From Pseudomonadota bacterium (GTDB taxonomy: Bacteria; Pseudomonadota; Gammaproteobacteria; Burkholderiales; JBEEJL01), in contig JAYTVC010000032.1 in NCBI GenBank assembly GCA_043744215.1, positions 2,193 to 66,192 of the forward strand: 64,000 bases of DNA, written 5' to 3'. Positions 29,225 to 39,089 of the stretch are shown here, piece after piece. The notes beneath the pieces are model-generated. The model made no database searches. It was given only the letters and a program-made list of their open reading frames with translations, and was not told the origin of the DNA. The translations under genes and the position numbers were made by a program. Numbering within the stretch: the stretch's first letter is position 1; every line of letters begins with the position of its first letter.

Positions 29225-30400
29225 TCATTTGCTGAGCAATTTCATTGCCTGTTCCAATCCTTGAACTGTGAGCGGGAACATGCGGTGCTGCATGAATTGC
29301 TGGATAATTTTGACGGAAGACGAATATTGCCAATGGGTGTCGGGCACCGGGTTGAGCCAGGCCGCGTGTTTGAAGTGATCGGTCAGGCGCTTCAACCACA
29401 CCAAGCCGGCTTCTTCGTTCATGTGCTCGACACTGCCGCCTGGTTCGACAATTTCATAGGGGCTCATGGTGGCGTCGCCGACAAAGATTAATTTATAGTC
29501 GGGGCCGAATTTGTGAATCAAATCCAGCAGTGGGTAACGCTCGCCGCTGCGGCGTCGGTTGTCTTTCCACACGGATTCGTACACACAATTGTGGAAATAA
29601 AAATATTCCAGATGCTTCAATTCGCTTTTTACGGCGGAAAATAATTCTTCCGACACTTTGATGTGGTCGTCCATCGAGCCGCCGATGTCGAATAGCACCA
29701 ATACTTTCACTTTGTTGTGCCGCTCAGGCACCAGTTTGATGTCAAGATAGCCCGCGTTGTTGGCGGTCGCTTCGATGGTGCCGTGCATGTCCAGTTCCTC
29801 GGCCGCGCCTTCGCGTGCGAATTTGCGCAGGCGGCGCAATGCGAGTTTGATATTGCGGATGCCCAACTCGACTGAGCCATCGAGGTTACGGTATTCGCGC
29901 GCGTCCCACACTTTCACTGCGCTGCGGTTGCGCGAGCCGTCCTGGCCAATACGCACACCCTCAGGGTTGAAGCCGTAAGCGCCGAAGGGCGAGGTGCCCG
30001 CTGTGCCGATCCATTTATTGCCACCCTGGTGGCGCTCTTTTTGTTCTTCGAGGCGTTGCTTCAGTGTCTCCATCAGTTTATCGAAACCGCCCAGCGCGGC
30101 GATCTCGGCTTTTTCTTCTTCAGTGAGGAATTTTTCCGCCAGTTTTTTCAGCCAGTCTTCGGGAATATCGGTAAACAAATCGTCCAGAGCTTTCACGCCT
30201 TTGAAATAATCAGCAAAGGCTTTGTCGAATTTGTCGAAATGGGTTTCGTCTTTCACCAGCGTGGTACGGGCAAGGTAATAAAAATCGTCGAGGCTGGTCG
30301 AGATGACATTTTTTTCCAGCGCTTCAATCAGCGTGAGATATTCCTTCACGCTGACGGGCAGCTTGGCTTTTTTGAGAGTGAGGAAGAAGTCGATGAGCAT
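29225..30400 (-). CDS. VWA-domain (CoxE-like) partner of MoxR ATPase
   Basis: MIDAS DIGGSM, HQGGNKWIGTAGTSPFG, FVGDATM; start at MLIDFF. Confidence 0.88.
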   Translation of the reverse strand: MLIDFFLTLKKAKLPVSVKEYLTLIEALEKNVISTSLDDFYYLARTTLVKDETHFDKFDKAFADYFKGVKALDDLFTDIPEDWLKKLAEKFLTEEEKAEIAALGGFDKLMETLKQRLEEQKERHQGGNKWIGTAGTSPFGAYGFNPEGVRIGQDGSRNRSAVKVWDAREYRNLDGSVELGIRNIKLALRRLRKFAREGAAEELDMHGTIEATANNAGYLDIKLVPERHNKVKVLVLFDIGGSMDDHIKVSEELFSAVKSELKHLEYFYFHNCVYESVWKDNRRRSGERYPLLDLIHKFGPDYKLIFVGDATMSPYEIVEPGGSVEHMNEEAGLVWLKRLTDHFKHAAWLNPVPDTHWQYSSSVKIIQQFMQHRMFPLTVQGLEQAMKLLSK

Positions 30401-30405
30401 AAAAT

Positions 30406-30460
30406 GTAGGGTGCGCTTGCGCACCACCTTAGTAGCAATTCGTGCGCAAGCGCACCTTAC
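30406..30460. repeat. GTAG-family REP doublet (inverted pair)
   Basis: GTAGGGTGCGCTTGCGCACC...GTGCGCAAGCGCACCTTAC. Confidence 0.7.
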
Positions 30461-31188
30461 TGCGTCAGGACAGCCATCAACGACACGCCAAACGGAAAAT
30501 TCATTTTACTCAACACAACACGCTCCGACGCAAAAATTTTTTGAAATAAGCGATTCACCGGGGCAGGGGGAATCGCTGCGCCGCTGGGTTGCTGATTGCC
30601 CGTGATGCGATCTTTAATGCGCACCACTGCTGCCAGCGGAAACAGCAAGGTGTTGAAATATGAAATTCTGTCCAGCTTTAAATCGGCATGGGTGACAAGA
30701 TCGCGCAACCTGTTTGCCGTATAGCGGCGCTTGTGATGGAGGAATTCATCATGGGCGCTCCACATCCATTGGTAGGCGGGGACAGTAATCAGAATGCGCC
30801 CGTTTTCCGCCAAGAGGTTTTTGATGGCAGTTAAGGTAGCGGCATCTTGCTCGATATGTTCCAGCACATCAAACATACAAATCAGATCAAATTTTTCGTT
30901 TTGGAACGGGATGTCATTCGGGCAAAAGCCGGCGCGGATGTCGAATCGACTGCCGGTTTTTTCCGCTGCAATGGCGCGCGCCGTCGCATCCATTTCCATC
31001 GCGCTCACTTTACCAAACAACGATAGCAACGCGAGATTGCCACCCGTGCCACAACCGATTTCCAATATTTTTGCATCGCGTGGCAACGGCAATTTTGCAA
31101 TCAGCGACTGCAATACTGCGCGACGGCCGGTAAACCACCAGTGGCGGGCTTCAGTGTCGGCCATGTCCAAATAAGCTTTAGGATCCAT
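30457..31188 (-). CDS. Class I SAM-dependent methyltransferase
   Basis: HWWF..RR, ILEIGCGTG, FDVLEHI, TVPAYQWMWSAHD...HKRRY; start at MDPKAY. Confidence 0.85.
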   Translation of the reverse strand: MDPKAYLDMADTEARHWWFTGRRAVLQSLIAKLPLPRDAKILEIGCGTGGNLALLSLFGKVSAMEMDATARAIAAEKTGSRFDIRAGFCPNDIPFQNEKFDLICMFDVLEHIEQDAATLTAIKNLLAENGRILITVPAYQWMWSAHDEFLHHKRRYTANRLRDLVTHADLKLDRISYFNTLLFPLAAVVRIKDRITGNQQPSGAAIPPAPVNRLFQKIFASERVVLSKMNFPFGVSLMAVLTQ

Positions 31189-31257
31189 GCGCAATATTCC
31201 TGACGGCCGGATGCTGTACCGCCCGCTGGTCATACGTGGCAAGCACGAGTGGCTGAT

Positions 31258-32781
31258 TCATTTGGCTGACTTGGTAGGCAGCCCATCAAAGCGCGGAATA
31301 TTGCGCACCAATACCGAGTTCCATTCATCATTGTGAACTAGCCGGAATGCGTTTCCTTCCAGCAATAGCTGCCTTATCGGCGCGTCTTTTTTGCAGATTA
31401 GATAGTCAATCGCATACTTGTCGAATTTTTCTCGCCAATCGGCCGTCCCGTTGTGGATGTTTATAAACTCCTTGAGAAAAACATCTCCGTATAAATCGGC
31501 GCGACCGTCGATAAATACCTTGCGCTCCGGTGCGAGACGATAGATCAGATAACCCCCGTCGTCATAGCTGTTGAACAAGTTGCCTGAAATTCCATTTTTT
31601 ATAACAAAATCAGCGGCTTGCGAAGGCATCAGTTTTGCGATGGGATCCGAATCCTGGCGGCTGTGTTCCACAAAAATGACAGTTGCCGCCACGACTACCA
31701 GCATAGCAAGGTTCAGAGCCGGCACTACATGATCGATCTGACGCGTCGCTAGGTTACTGCCCGACACCACGGACGGCTGGCCATCGACAAGCTGCGCCCG
31801 TTTCGTGCGATTCGCATAATGGGAAGCAAAAAACGGGACGGCGGCAAGGCAAGCGAATGGCAAATGTCTGCCTGATGTCAGCGCGGCGACGAAAAAAAAT
31901 ATCGGTATTATCATTTCGGTCAGATCGGGCTTTTTCGCGCGGTAAACTGCCGCTGCAAAAAACGCGATTCCCAGAAGAAAATAATATTTGTTGTATATAG
32001 CGTGAAAATCAGGTGATTGCCATTCCATGATCAGGGTCTTCGCCGCATCCATGGAAAGGACTTGAAATGGGTAAAGCCAGTAGGCGATGAACTCAGGGTT
32101 GACTGCCGTAATCAATGCGGACGCGAGAATGAAATAGGAGAGGCGGTACAGATCGCGCCTCTCCTGCGCGTCGGTTTTTTTCGTCAGCCAAAAATTGAGC
32201 CATTCACAGGCTGTGAACAGCACGAGTAACCCAATTCCGACAATAAACGCCCCATGAAGGTTCGCCCAAAACAACATGATGATTGGCAGCAAGAAGAACC
32301 GTTTGGTGACACGTCGGTATTTGAACTCGACCAGAACTAGAAGGCAGGCGGCGAAAAAAAAGTAACTGAACATCTGGGGCCGCGGAATTGCGAAAATGAC
32401 ATTGGGCGCAAAGAACATTAAGCTTATGATAACTGCCTGGGTGTCGTCTTCCGTCAATACTCGCGCAGTCTTGAAAACGAGGTAATAGGTGGCCGCAATC
32501 AGGCCGGCGACTAAAACCTTAATGCCGATTAGGCCGAAATAATGTTTGGTTAAATAAATGATGAATTGAGTCAGCCACTCGTGCAGCACCCATTTTTTTC
32601 CAGTGAAGGTATGGGAAAAAATATCGAACTGGGGAAGCGACTGTGTAGTGAAAATGTATTCCCCGGTCTTCAGATGCCAAAAAAAATCGTTGTCATATAG
32701 AGCTGGGAACATGATTTTTACAAAAAAAAGAATAATTGTGATCATCACGGGGATGGTCAGCTTGTTCAGATATTTTTGCAT
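31258..32781 (-). CDS. Polytopic membrane protein, putative GT-C-fold glycosyltransferase
   Basis: Many TM helices; DNDFFWHLKTG after TM1, RPQMFS, WANLHG, EWQSP, FIDGRADLYG. Confidence 0.6.
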   Translation of the reverse strand: MQKYLNKLTIPVMITIILFFVKIMFPALYDNDFFWHLKTGEYIFTTQSLPQFDIFSHTFTGKKWVLHEWLTQFIIYLTKHYFGLIGIKVLVAGLIAATYYLVFKTARVLTEDDTQAVIISLMFFAPNVIFAIPRPQMFSYFFFAACLLVLVEFKYRRVTKRFFLLPIIMLFWANLHGAFIVGIGLLVLFTACEWLNFWLTKKTDAQERRDLYRLSYFILASALITAVNPEFIAYWLYPFQVLSMDAAKTLIMEWQSPDFHAIYNKYYFLLGIAFFAAAVYRAKKPDLTEMIIPIFFFVAALTSGRHLPFACLAAVPFFASHYANRTKRAQLVDGQPSVVSGSNLATRQIDHVVPALNLAMLVVVAATVIFVEHSRQDSDPIAKLMPSQAADFVIKNGISGNLFNSYDDGGYLIYRLAPERKVFIDGRADLYGDVFLKEFINIHNGTADWREKFDKYAIDYLICKKDAPIRQLLLEGNAFRLVHNDEWNSVLVRNIPRFDGLPTKSAK

Positions 32782-32852
32782 TTGCCCACCTTTAGATTTG
32801 AAGTTTTATTGTTGCGTATGTGCGGGTAACAAGAAGGTATTCGGCCGGTTAC

Positions 32853-33695
32853 TTATCGAGCGCGCTTGGCCATGAATATCAGGCGCTCGAATAAATGCAC
32901 GTCCTGCTCGTTTTTCAACAGCGCGCCGTGCAGCGGCGGGATGATTTTGCCCGAGTCGTTGCTGTGCAGGGCTTCGGCGGGAATGTCTTCGGCGAGCAGG
33001 AGTTTGAGCCAGTCGAGCAGTTCGGAAGTAGAGGGTTTTTTCTTCAGGCCCGGCACGTCGCGGATTTCAAAGAATGCGCGGAGCGCTTCGCCCAGTAGAT
33101 TTTTTTTGATGTCGGGAAAATGCACATCGACGATTTGCTGCATCGTATCTTTATCGGGAAAGCGGATGTAATGGAAAAAACAACGACGCAAAAAAGCATC
33201 GGGTAGTTCTTTTTCGTTGTTGCTGGTGATGATAATAATAGGCCGGTGTTTGGCGCTGATAAGTTTTTGCGTTTCATAAACAAAAAATTCCATGCGATCG
33301 AGTTCGCGTAATAAATCGTTCGGAAATTCAATATCAGCCTTGTCTATTTCATCAATTAAAACAACGGGTTGTGAATCAAGCTCAAATGCCTTCCATAACG
33401 TGCCTTTGATAATGTAATTACCAATGTCATGCACGCGCTCGTCGCCCAATTGCGAATCGCGCAGACGCGATACGGCGTCGTATTCGTACAAACCTTGCTG
33501 CGCTTTGGTGGTGGATTTGACATGCCATTGGAGCAGCGGTTTGTTCAATGCCCGCGCGACTTCTTCGGCCAGCATGGTTTTGCCGGTACCGGGTTCGCCT
33601 TTAATCAGTAATGGTCGGCCCAGCGTAATGGCTGCATTAACGGCCAGCATGAGGTCGTCGGTGGCGACGTAGGAATCGGTTCCGGTAAAGCGCAT
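32853..33695 (-). CDS. MoxR-family AAA+ ATPase
   Basis: GEPGTGKT, VLIDEIDKAD, KELPDAFLRRC, KKPSTSE; start at MRFTG. Confidence 0.92.
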   Translation of the reverse strand: MRFTGTDSYVATDDLMLAVNAAITLGRPLLIKGEPGTGKTMLAEEVARALNKPLLQWHVKSTTKAQQGLYEYDAVSRLRDSQLGDERVHDIGNYIIKGTLWKAFELDSQPVVLIDEIDKADIEFPNDLLRELDRMEFFVYETQKLISAKHRPIIIITSNNEKELPDAFLRRCFFHYIRFPDKDTMQQIVDVHFPDIKKNLLGEALRAFFEIRDVPGLKKKPSTSELLDWLKLLLAEDIPAEALHSNDSGKIIPPLHGALLKNEQDVHLFERLIFMAKRAR

Positions 33696-33786
33696 GGTGT
33701 ATTTCCGTGAGATGAATGACGTAGCAGAATTATACATGCCGCCTGCTTGTGCACCCAATTAGGAGATTGCGCTTGGGGCGGGTAAA

Positions 33787-34425
33787 TCAAAAAACGAACG
33801 GCACCAACCGGTAGGGGACTTTTGCGGAAAAATTGAGATACGCCTGGTCCTGTTTCAGCAGGCGTTCTTCGACTAGAATGCGGGCCACCAGCAGACAAAA
33901 AGTGAGGCCGTAGATCACGCCGTTCCAAAGGCCGGGGCCCGACAGGATGAATGCGATGTGCGTCAGGATGTATCCCGCATACATGGGATGACGGATGATG
34001 GCGTAGGGACCGCTGATTTTGACGCCGCGATTGGCGGCCACGACACCGAAGCTACGTCGCAACGTGAGTTTAGCTGATATCTGAATGAAAAATCCGAATA
34101 ACAGGAGGACTGCGCAGTAGGCGAGCGGAATTGCTGCGTTTCCCTTTGTAGGCATGGCTAACAACGGCATGAGCGTCCCGGCGAAACCCAAAACCCAATC
34201 CATTTTTAGATGCGATATGTTGGTGGAACGTCGGCGAAATAAAGTAAATACAAGCACCATGCCTTCCGATAGCAATAGCATGAGATTGACGTAATTCGTA
34301 TTGTCAAAAATGGAAACGGCAAAGCGAGCCGTCATGAAGCCATACAGAATGACCACCGCGACGCGCTCAAGCAGATCAAGATCCATGCGCTTGGCCAGCG
34401 CCAAAATATTATCCCGGATTTTCAT
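33787..34425 (-). CDS. Isoprenylcysteine carboxyl methyltransferase/PEMT-family membrane protein
   Basis: GPYAIIRHPMYAGY, EERLL, VPYRLVP; AAGGAG RBS before MKIRDN. Confidence 0.85.
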   Translation of the reverse strand: MKIRDNILALAKRMDLDLLERVAVVILYGFMTARFAVSIFDNTNYVNLMLLLSEGMVLVFTLFRRRSTNISHLKMDWVLGFAGTLMPLLAMPTKGNAAIPLAYCAVLLLFGFFIQISAKLTLRRSFGVVAANRGVKISGPYAIIRHPMYAGYILTHIAFILSGPGLWNGVIYGLTFCLLVARILVEERLLKQDQAYLNFSAKVPYRLVPFVF

Positions 34426-34503
34426 TGGTGTTTTCTCCTTCAAGCTATTCTGCCGCACGACGGCTCCAGCTTTTATAGCACAGCTTTTCAATTAGCGCAG
34501 AAA

Positions 34504-35640
34504 CTACTTCGACACCAGATGGTTGTATTTTTCGATAAAGTTTCTATCGATATGATCTTTAATCGTCCAGATCAACCGGCCTTCAAACGCCCACCCGCTG
34601 CGGGTGGCGATGGCATATTTGTCACCGGTGGAAATAATTGCCAAGGCTTTTTTTTGCGGCGCAAATGGCGCGAGTGGCTGGCTGGTTAATGCGGCGCGTA
34701 AATTGTCGGCCAAAGGTTGGCCCTGGCGTAATGCATAGACGCCTGATTTCGGATGAGCCGCACCATGCAGGCTGGCCACATCGCCCGCAGCAAATACGCG
34801 GGAATGGGATAGGGATTGCAAGTAGTCGTTCACCGCAATAAAGCCATGGGCATCCAGTGTGAGCCCGGTTTTTGCCAGCCAGGGCGGCGCGCCGGGCCCG
34901 GTGGCCCACACCACGCAATCGGCCGCGATGTCTTTGGCGCCAAAGCAATGCACAACGCCTGCTTCCATTGATTGCACTTTGCTTGAAAGATGCACGGTCA
35001 CTTTTTTTTCATGCAAAACCCGCTCGATGATTTTGCGCACTTTGGCGTTATGCCTCGGCAGTAAAGTTGGCATGTCGTTGATGAGGTGAAATTGTGGTGG
35101 GGTGTTTTGTTTTGCTTTCAGGTCTTTCAGCAAGCGGTATTGCATGGCCAGTACCAGCTCTACGCCCGCCGCGCCGCCGCCTACAACGGCAATGCTGAGT
35201 GGCGTGCTGCGCGCGGTGGCTTCGGCTAACAGGCGCGACCAGGTGATCCAGAATTTCTCGGCAGGTTTGACCGGCAGCGAAAATTCTTTTGCGCCGGGCA
35301 CGCCGTCGAGCCGCGGTACAGAGCCGGTGTTGATAGACAGCAAATCGTAGTCGACGGTCTCGCCGTTATGCAGTAACACCCGATGGTTAAGGGAATCGAG
35401 TCCGGCGGCATGGGCGCTAATCACTTCGGCTTTGGCGAAGTGGGCGAGGGTGGCGATATTGATATGGCATTCGTTCTGCTCATAGTGCCCCGCGATGAAG
35501 CCGGGCAGCATGCCTGAATACAGCACTTGCGGGTAAGGCGTAACCAGGGTGAGCTTGACGCCTTTGACGGGTGAGTCGGCAAAACTTTTCAGCACCGCCA
35601 CATGGCTGTGGCCGCCGCCCAGAAGCACAAGATTTTTCAT
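34504..35640 (-). CDS. FAD-dependent oxidoreductase, stand-alone SelD-N-terminal-like domain
   Basis: LVLLGGGHSH, YSGMLPG.IAGHY, GGGAAGVE, FAAGD, PKSGVYALRQG. Confidence 0.82.
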   Translation of the reverse strand: MKNLVLLGGGHSHVAVLKSFADSPVKGVKLTLVTPYPQVLYSGMLPGFIAGHYEQNECHINIATLAHFAKAEVISAHAAGLDSLNHRVLLHNGETVDYDLLSINTGSVPRLDGVPGAKEFSLPVKPAEKFWITWSRLLAEATARSTPLSIAVVGGGAAGVELVLAMQYRLLKDLKAKQNTPPQFHLINDMPTLLPRHNAKVRKIIERVLHEKKVTVHLSSKVQSMEAGVVHCFGAKDIAADCVVWATGPGAPPWLAKTGLTLDAHGFIAVNDYLQSLSHSRVFAAGDVASLHGAAHPKSGVYALRQGQPLADNLRAALTSQPLAPFAPQKKALAIISTGDKYAIATRSGWAFEGRLIWTIKDHIDRNFIEKYNHLVSK

Positions 35641-35686
35641 GGATGAAAATTATTATTGCGATAGCGCAAGAGTAACGCGGATAGGC

Positions 35687-36415
35687 TTAACGTTCCAGTT
35701 TTTTAAAGCGGATGTCGCCGTACCAGGCCGTAGCCGACTCGCCCGTATTGTCGGCATCGGTCATGATGGCGACGCCGGATATCGGCGGCGGCTCTTCGCC
35801 GAACGCGCGTTTATAGTCTTCATACACATTGCGTTCTTCGTCTTGCCATTGGTTGAGTTTGGCTGGGCCACTTTCTACTACGATCATGCGCAGGCGTTTG
35901 GTGTAGGCGTTGGGCAGCACGGTGGCGATGGGAGTTTTGCTGTCCCAAATATAATTGATGCCGGAGTGGGGAATGTCTTTGCCGTAAATTTTGCGCGCGA
36001 GTTTGTCACCGAAAGTTTGCTTTGATGCTTCCTGCTCGAAGGTGATGTAAATGCGCGCCGGATAATCGTCACCGGCTTTGCTGTGCGGGTCGGCCTTGTC
36101 GATCAGATTGCCCACCTTCCAGCGCCATTGCAGGATCGGATATTCCTTCGCGTCGATTTTCATTGCGTGGGTCAGGCCCGATGCCGATTGTTTCGCATCG
36201 GCTTTGATGACTGTGTGGTCATCGTCTTTCACCAGCGAATAAACCGTGTGTTGTTCAATGCTTTTGAAAGTGAGCGGCTTCCAGTCGGCAGGTAATGCGT
36301 CGCCAGGATTGAGACGGGAAAATTTTCCGGCTTCAATAATGAGCGGTGTGTCGGCGAAGGCAGCCCCTGCCGCCGCTGCTAAAAACAAGCAGAATCGAAA
36401 CGGGATAATGGTCAC
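35687..36415 (-). CDS. DUF3047 periplasmic protein
   Basis: Signal peptide, WRWKV, GDDYPARIY, NYIW, AIMTDADNT. Confidence 0.85.
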   Translation of the reverse strand: MTIIPFRFCLFLAAAAGAAFADTPLIIEAGKFSRLNPGDALPADWKPLTFKSIEQHTVYSLVKDDDHTVIKADAKQSASGLTHAMKIDAKEYPILQWRWKVGNLIDKADPHSKAGDDYPARIYITFEQEASKQTFGDKLARKIYGKDIPHSGINYIWDSKTPIATVLPNAYTKRLRMIVVESGPAKLNQWQDEERNVYEDYKRAFGEEPPPISGVAIMTDADNTGESATAWYGDIRFKKLER

Positions 36416-37743
36416 TTTGACGGTCGTAAATCGAAACTCAAATGCGCGGCCACGTCTTCATAAAGGCGCTGTAAATCTGCGCGGTCTTTACCGCCGAGGT
36501 TCAGTACGGCATAGCGATAACTGCCCAGCCATTTGATTTCGCGCGCCAGACTTGCACCGTGTTTCGGATAAACCAGCAGTCGCGCATCGGGATAATTATT
36601 TTTCAGCCACGCCATTTCACTTTCGTTCGGCCCGCCGTATAAACCTTGGCCGGAAAAGTCGCGGAAAATAAAACTCGCTGCGCAACCGTATTCTGGCGTG
36701 ACGGGTTGCGGAATGTCTTCGCCGAGGCTCAGCGCGAGCAATATCTCTAACGTATTGATTCCATTCACTTTTTCGTGAATATCGACAAACTGTCGCGCGA
36801 GGCGCGGATTGATTTCAACAATTTTAATGGCGTCGGTTTCTTCGTGGTAATACAGCTCCATGTTGAACAAACCCAAATCAAACGTCATCGCGCGCATCAC
36901 TTGTTTGGCGATGTCGGCCATGCGTGCTTGCACCGATTCAGCTAAGCGCGAAGGATATTCAAAACGTTTGAACGCGTAGGTGCCGGGAAACATGATCGAA
37001 TCGGTAATGCCGAGAATATGTATTTCGCCATCGCGCGCATACCCTTCCAGCGTGACCAGTTGGCCTTCGAGCAATTCTTCGGCAATCAGGTGATGGGCGT
37101 TCACCTGCGCGCGGTCGTGGGATTCGAGCAATTGATTGAACGGCCGCACCAATCGCTTGATAATAAATTTTTCCAGCGGATGAAAGCTCAGATGTTGTTT
37201 CAGCTCGGCGAAATTATCCACGCGTCGCGCCAATACCGACCAGGTAGCCTTGATCGGCTTTACAAAAAACGGAAATGGCAAACCCGCCTGCGAAGGCTGG
37301 CTGATTTCATAGGAGAAATGAGAAAACGCGGGCGTGGCATGGGGCACGACGCGTTGTTCGATTTGCCGCGCATAGAGTTTGTGTTGCGCGTTGAGTATTG
37401 CCTGCGGATTGGTGCCCGGCAAGCCAAGACGCTGGGCTACGATGGCGGCGATCAGCGCGCCGAAATGTTCGTCGGTGGAGATGACCGCATCGGGCTGGAG
37501 CTTTTCGCAACGACGTGTGAGCGCATCGATGTAGCGACGAATATTAAAAGTGACAAGCTTCGCGTTGTCAGGAAAATGATGCAGGTCAAAGCCTTCGAAG
37601 TGCACTTTATAGCGCGATTGGTAATGGGGTAATGCCAACTCAAGTCGGTCGCGCTCGTTGGGAAAGAGCATGACAATCGTTTTGGTTTTTGCCAGGTCAA
37701 CTGCAGGCGCGCGCGCTAAAGATTTCGGCATGAATGAGAGCAT
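36412..37743 (-). CDS. ATP-grasp ligase (L-amino-acid-ligase-like)
   Basis: FPFFVKP, IAEELLEG, FNMEL, IVEINPRL. Confidence 0.8.
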   Translation of the reverse strand: MLSFMPKSLARAPAVDLAKTKTIVMLFPNERDRLELALPHYQSRYKVHFEGFDLHHFPDNAKLVTFNIRRYIDALTRRCEKLQPDAVISTDEHFGALIAAIVAQRLGLPGTNPQAILNAQHKLYARQIEQRVVPHATPAFSHFSYEISQPSQAGLPFPFFVKPIKATWSVLARRVDNFAELKQHLSFHPLEKFIIKRLVRPFNQLLESHDRAQVNAHHLIAEELLEGQLVTLEGYARDGEIHILGITDSIMFPGTYAFKRFEYPSRLAESVQARMADIAKQVMRAMTFDLGLFNMELYYHEETDAIKIVEINPRLARQFVDIHEKVNGINTLEILLALSLGEDIPQPVTPEYGCAASFIFRDFSGQGLYGGPNESEMAWLKNNYPDARLLVYPKHGASLAREIKWLGSYRYAVLNLGGKDRADLQRLYEDVAAHLSFDLRPSK

Positions 37744-37744
37744 G

Positions 37745-38392
37745 TCAGTCAGCGGCTTCGGCCGTTTGCATCAATTCGGCAAAACCGGGCAAGGCGGCCA
37801 ATTTTTCCAGGTCGTCCGGCGTGTCAACATCCCATAAAATGGGCAGTTCAGCGTAATCCAGCGCAGCGGTGTGCAGGCGCGCGCGCGTTTGCGCCATGAC
37901 TTGTGCCGTGCTCCAGTCGACGCGGTTGAATATCGGCGGCACTCGATGAGCCGCGCCGACAAGCGCATAGCCGCCGTCAGCAACGGGGCCGATGACCACT
38001 TGAGTTTGCTCCAGCTTGTTGGCCGCTTGCTGCAAATACGCCGCGTTCATCGCCGGGCAATCGCTGCCAATGAGCAATGCGCAAGACGTGTGGGCGAGCG
38101 TGTGTTGCAAAGCATGGGCCATTCTTTCGCCGACATCACCGCTTTGCTGTTGGTGCAGCGTCACGCAAAATTCAGCAGCGCAGGCCACAAAAAAATCGTG
38201 GGTGATGTCCGGTGCGCACCAGAGTTCTACCGGCCCAAGCCGCGCGGCGCGTGATTCGGTCAATGCATGGCGCAACATGTGTTGGTAAAGTTTCGCTGCG
38301 CCATGTTCGCCGAGTGCAGGAGCCAGGCGCGTTTTTACCGTGCCGGCAATGGGGGCTTTGGCAAAAATGATGATCGTGCAATCAGAGCGCAT
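37745..38392 (-). CDS. TIGR04282/DUF2064 glycosyltransferase-like protein of ArsS clusters
   Basis: FAKAP..G.VKTRL, GDVGERM, IGSDCP, GPVADGGY, DVDTPDD. Confidence 0.88.
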   Translation of the reverse strand: MRSDCTIIIFAKAPIAGTVKTRLAPALGEHGAAKLYQHMLRHALTESRAARLGPVELWCAPDITHDFFVACAAEFCVTLHQQQSGDVGERMAHALQHTLAHTSCALLIGSDCPAMNAAYLQQAANKLEQTQVVIGPVADGGYALVGAAHRVPPIFNRVDWSTAQVMAQTRARLHTAALDYAELPILWDVDTPDDLEKLAALPGFAELMQTAEAAD

Positions 38393-38403
38393 GGGCGATT
38401 TTG

Positions 38404-39081
38404 TCAGCTATGGTAGCGGCGGGCAAGTTGCTGCGGGTCCGCGCCAAAAAAATATTCAAGGCGCAATCGCCACATAAAAAATAGTGTGCGCCACAGGCCG
38501 TGTTTTTCCCATCGGCGGCCGGATGAAACAACTTTTGCGTCGAGGCATAACGGCGCGGACTTTTGTCTGAGTAATGTACATAACGCGATGTCTTCCATCA
38601 GCGCGATAGCCGGATAGCCGCCAACCGATTGAAACATTTGATGGGTGACAAATATTGCCTGATCGCCGGTCGCAATGCCGGTCAGGCGTGAGCGTTTATT
38701 CATACACCAGGCGATGACTTTTAACATCGGATGCAAACCGGTCAAGCTCACATCAAATCGTCCCCAGCTTTTTTTTGTGCGCGCCAGGCAATCCATGATG
38801 TGTTGATCAGCCTGCGCGGGTAAATAGGTATCGGCATGCACAAACAGCAGCACATCATTTTTTGCTTGGGCCGCACCGGCGTTCATTTGCAGCGCACGGC
38901 CTTTGGGCGCGTGAATAATTTTATCTGCCAGTGGAAAAGCAAAGCCGGCGGTGTTGTCGCTGCTGCCGCCATCGACGACGATAATTTCATGGCCATTGGC
39001 GCGCAACGCTTGCAGGGCAGTGAGAAAAACGCTGATGCCATGGGCTTCGTTAAGCGTAGGAACAATGACCGAAAGGCGCAT
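38404..39081 (-). CDS. TIGR04283 GT2 glycosyltransferase of ArsS clusters
   Basis: SVIVPTLNE, VDGGSSD, GRALQMNAGA, HADT, TGDQ, MED, SGRRW; start at MRLSV. Confidence 0.9.
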   Translation of the reverse strand: MRLSVIVPTLNEAHGISVFLTALQALRANGHEIIVVDGGSSDNTAGFAFPLADKIIHAPKGRALQMNAGAAQAKNDVLLFVHADTYLPAQADQHIMDCLARTKKSWGRFDVSLTGLHPMLKVIAWCMNKRSRLTGIATGDQAIFVTHQMFQSVGGYPAIALMEDIALCTLLRQKSAPLCLDAKVVSSGRRWEKHGLWRTLFFMWRLRLEYFFGADPQQLARRYHS

Positions 39082-39089
39082 GGAAAAAA

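Noticed and set aside
29061-29399. Similar alternative-frame ORFs at 22066-22434 and 29061-29399
   Set aside because: Similarity comes only from the VWA 3'-end duplication
30457-31188. Methyltransferase as the missing ArsM
   Set aside because: Motifs match a glycan-cluster-type methyltransferase; ArsM-like Cys pattern not evident
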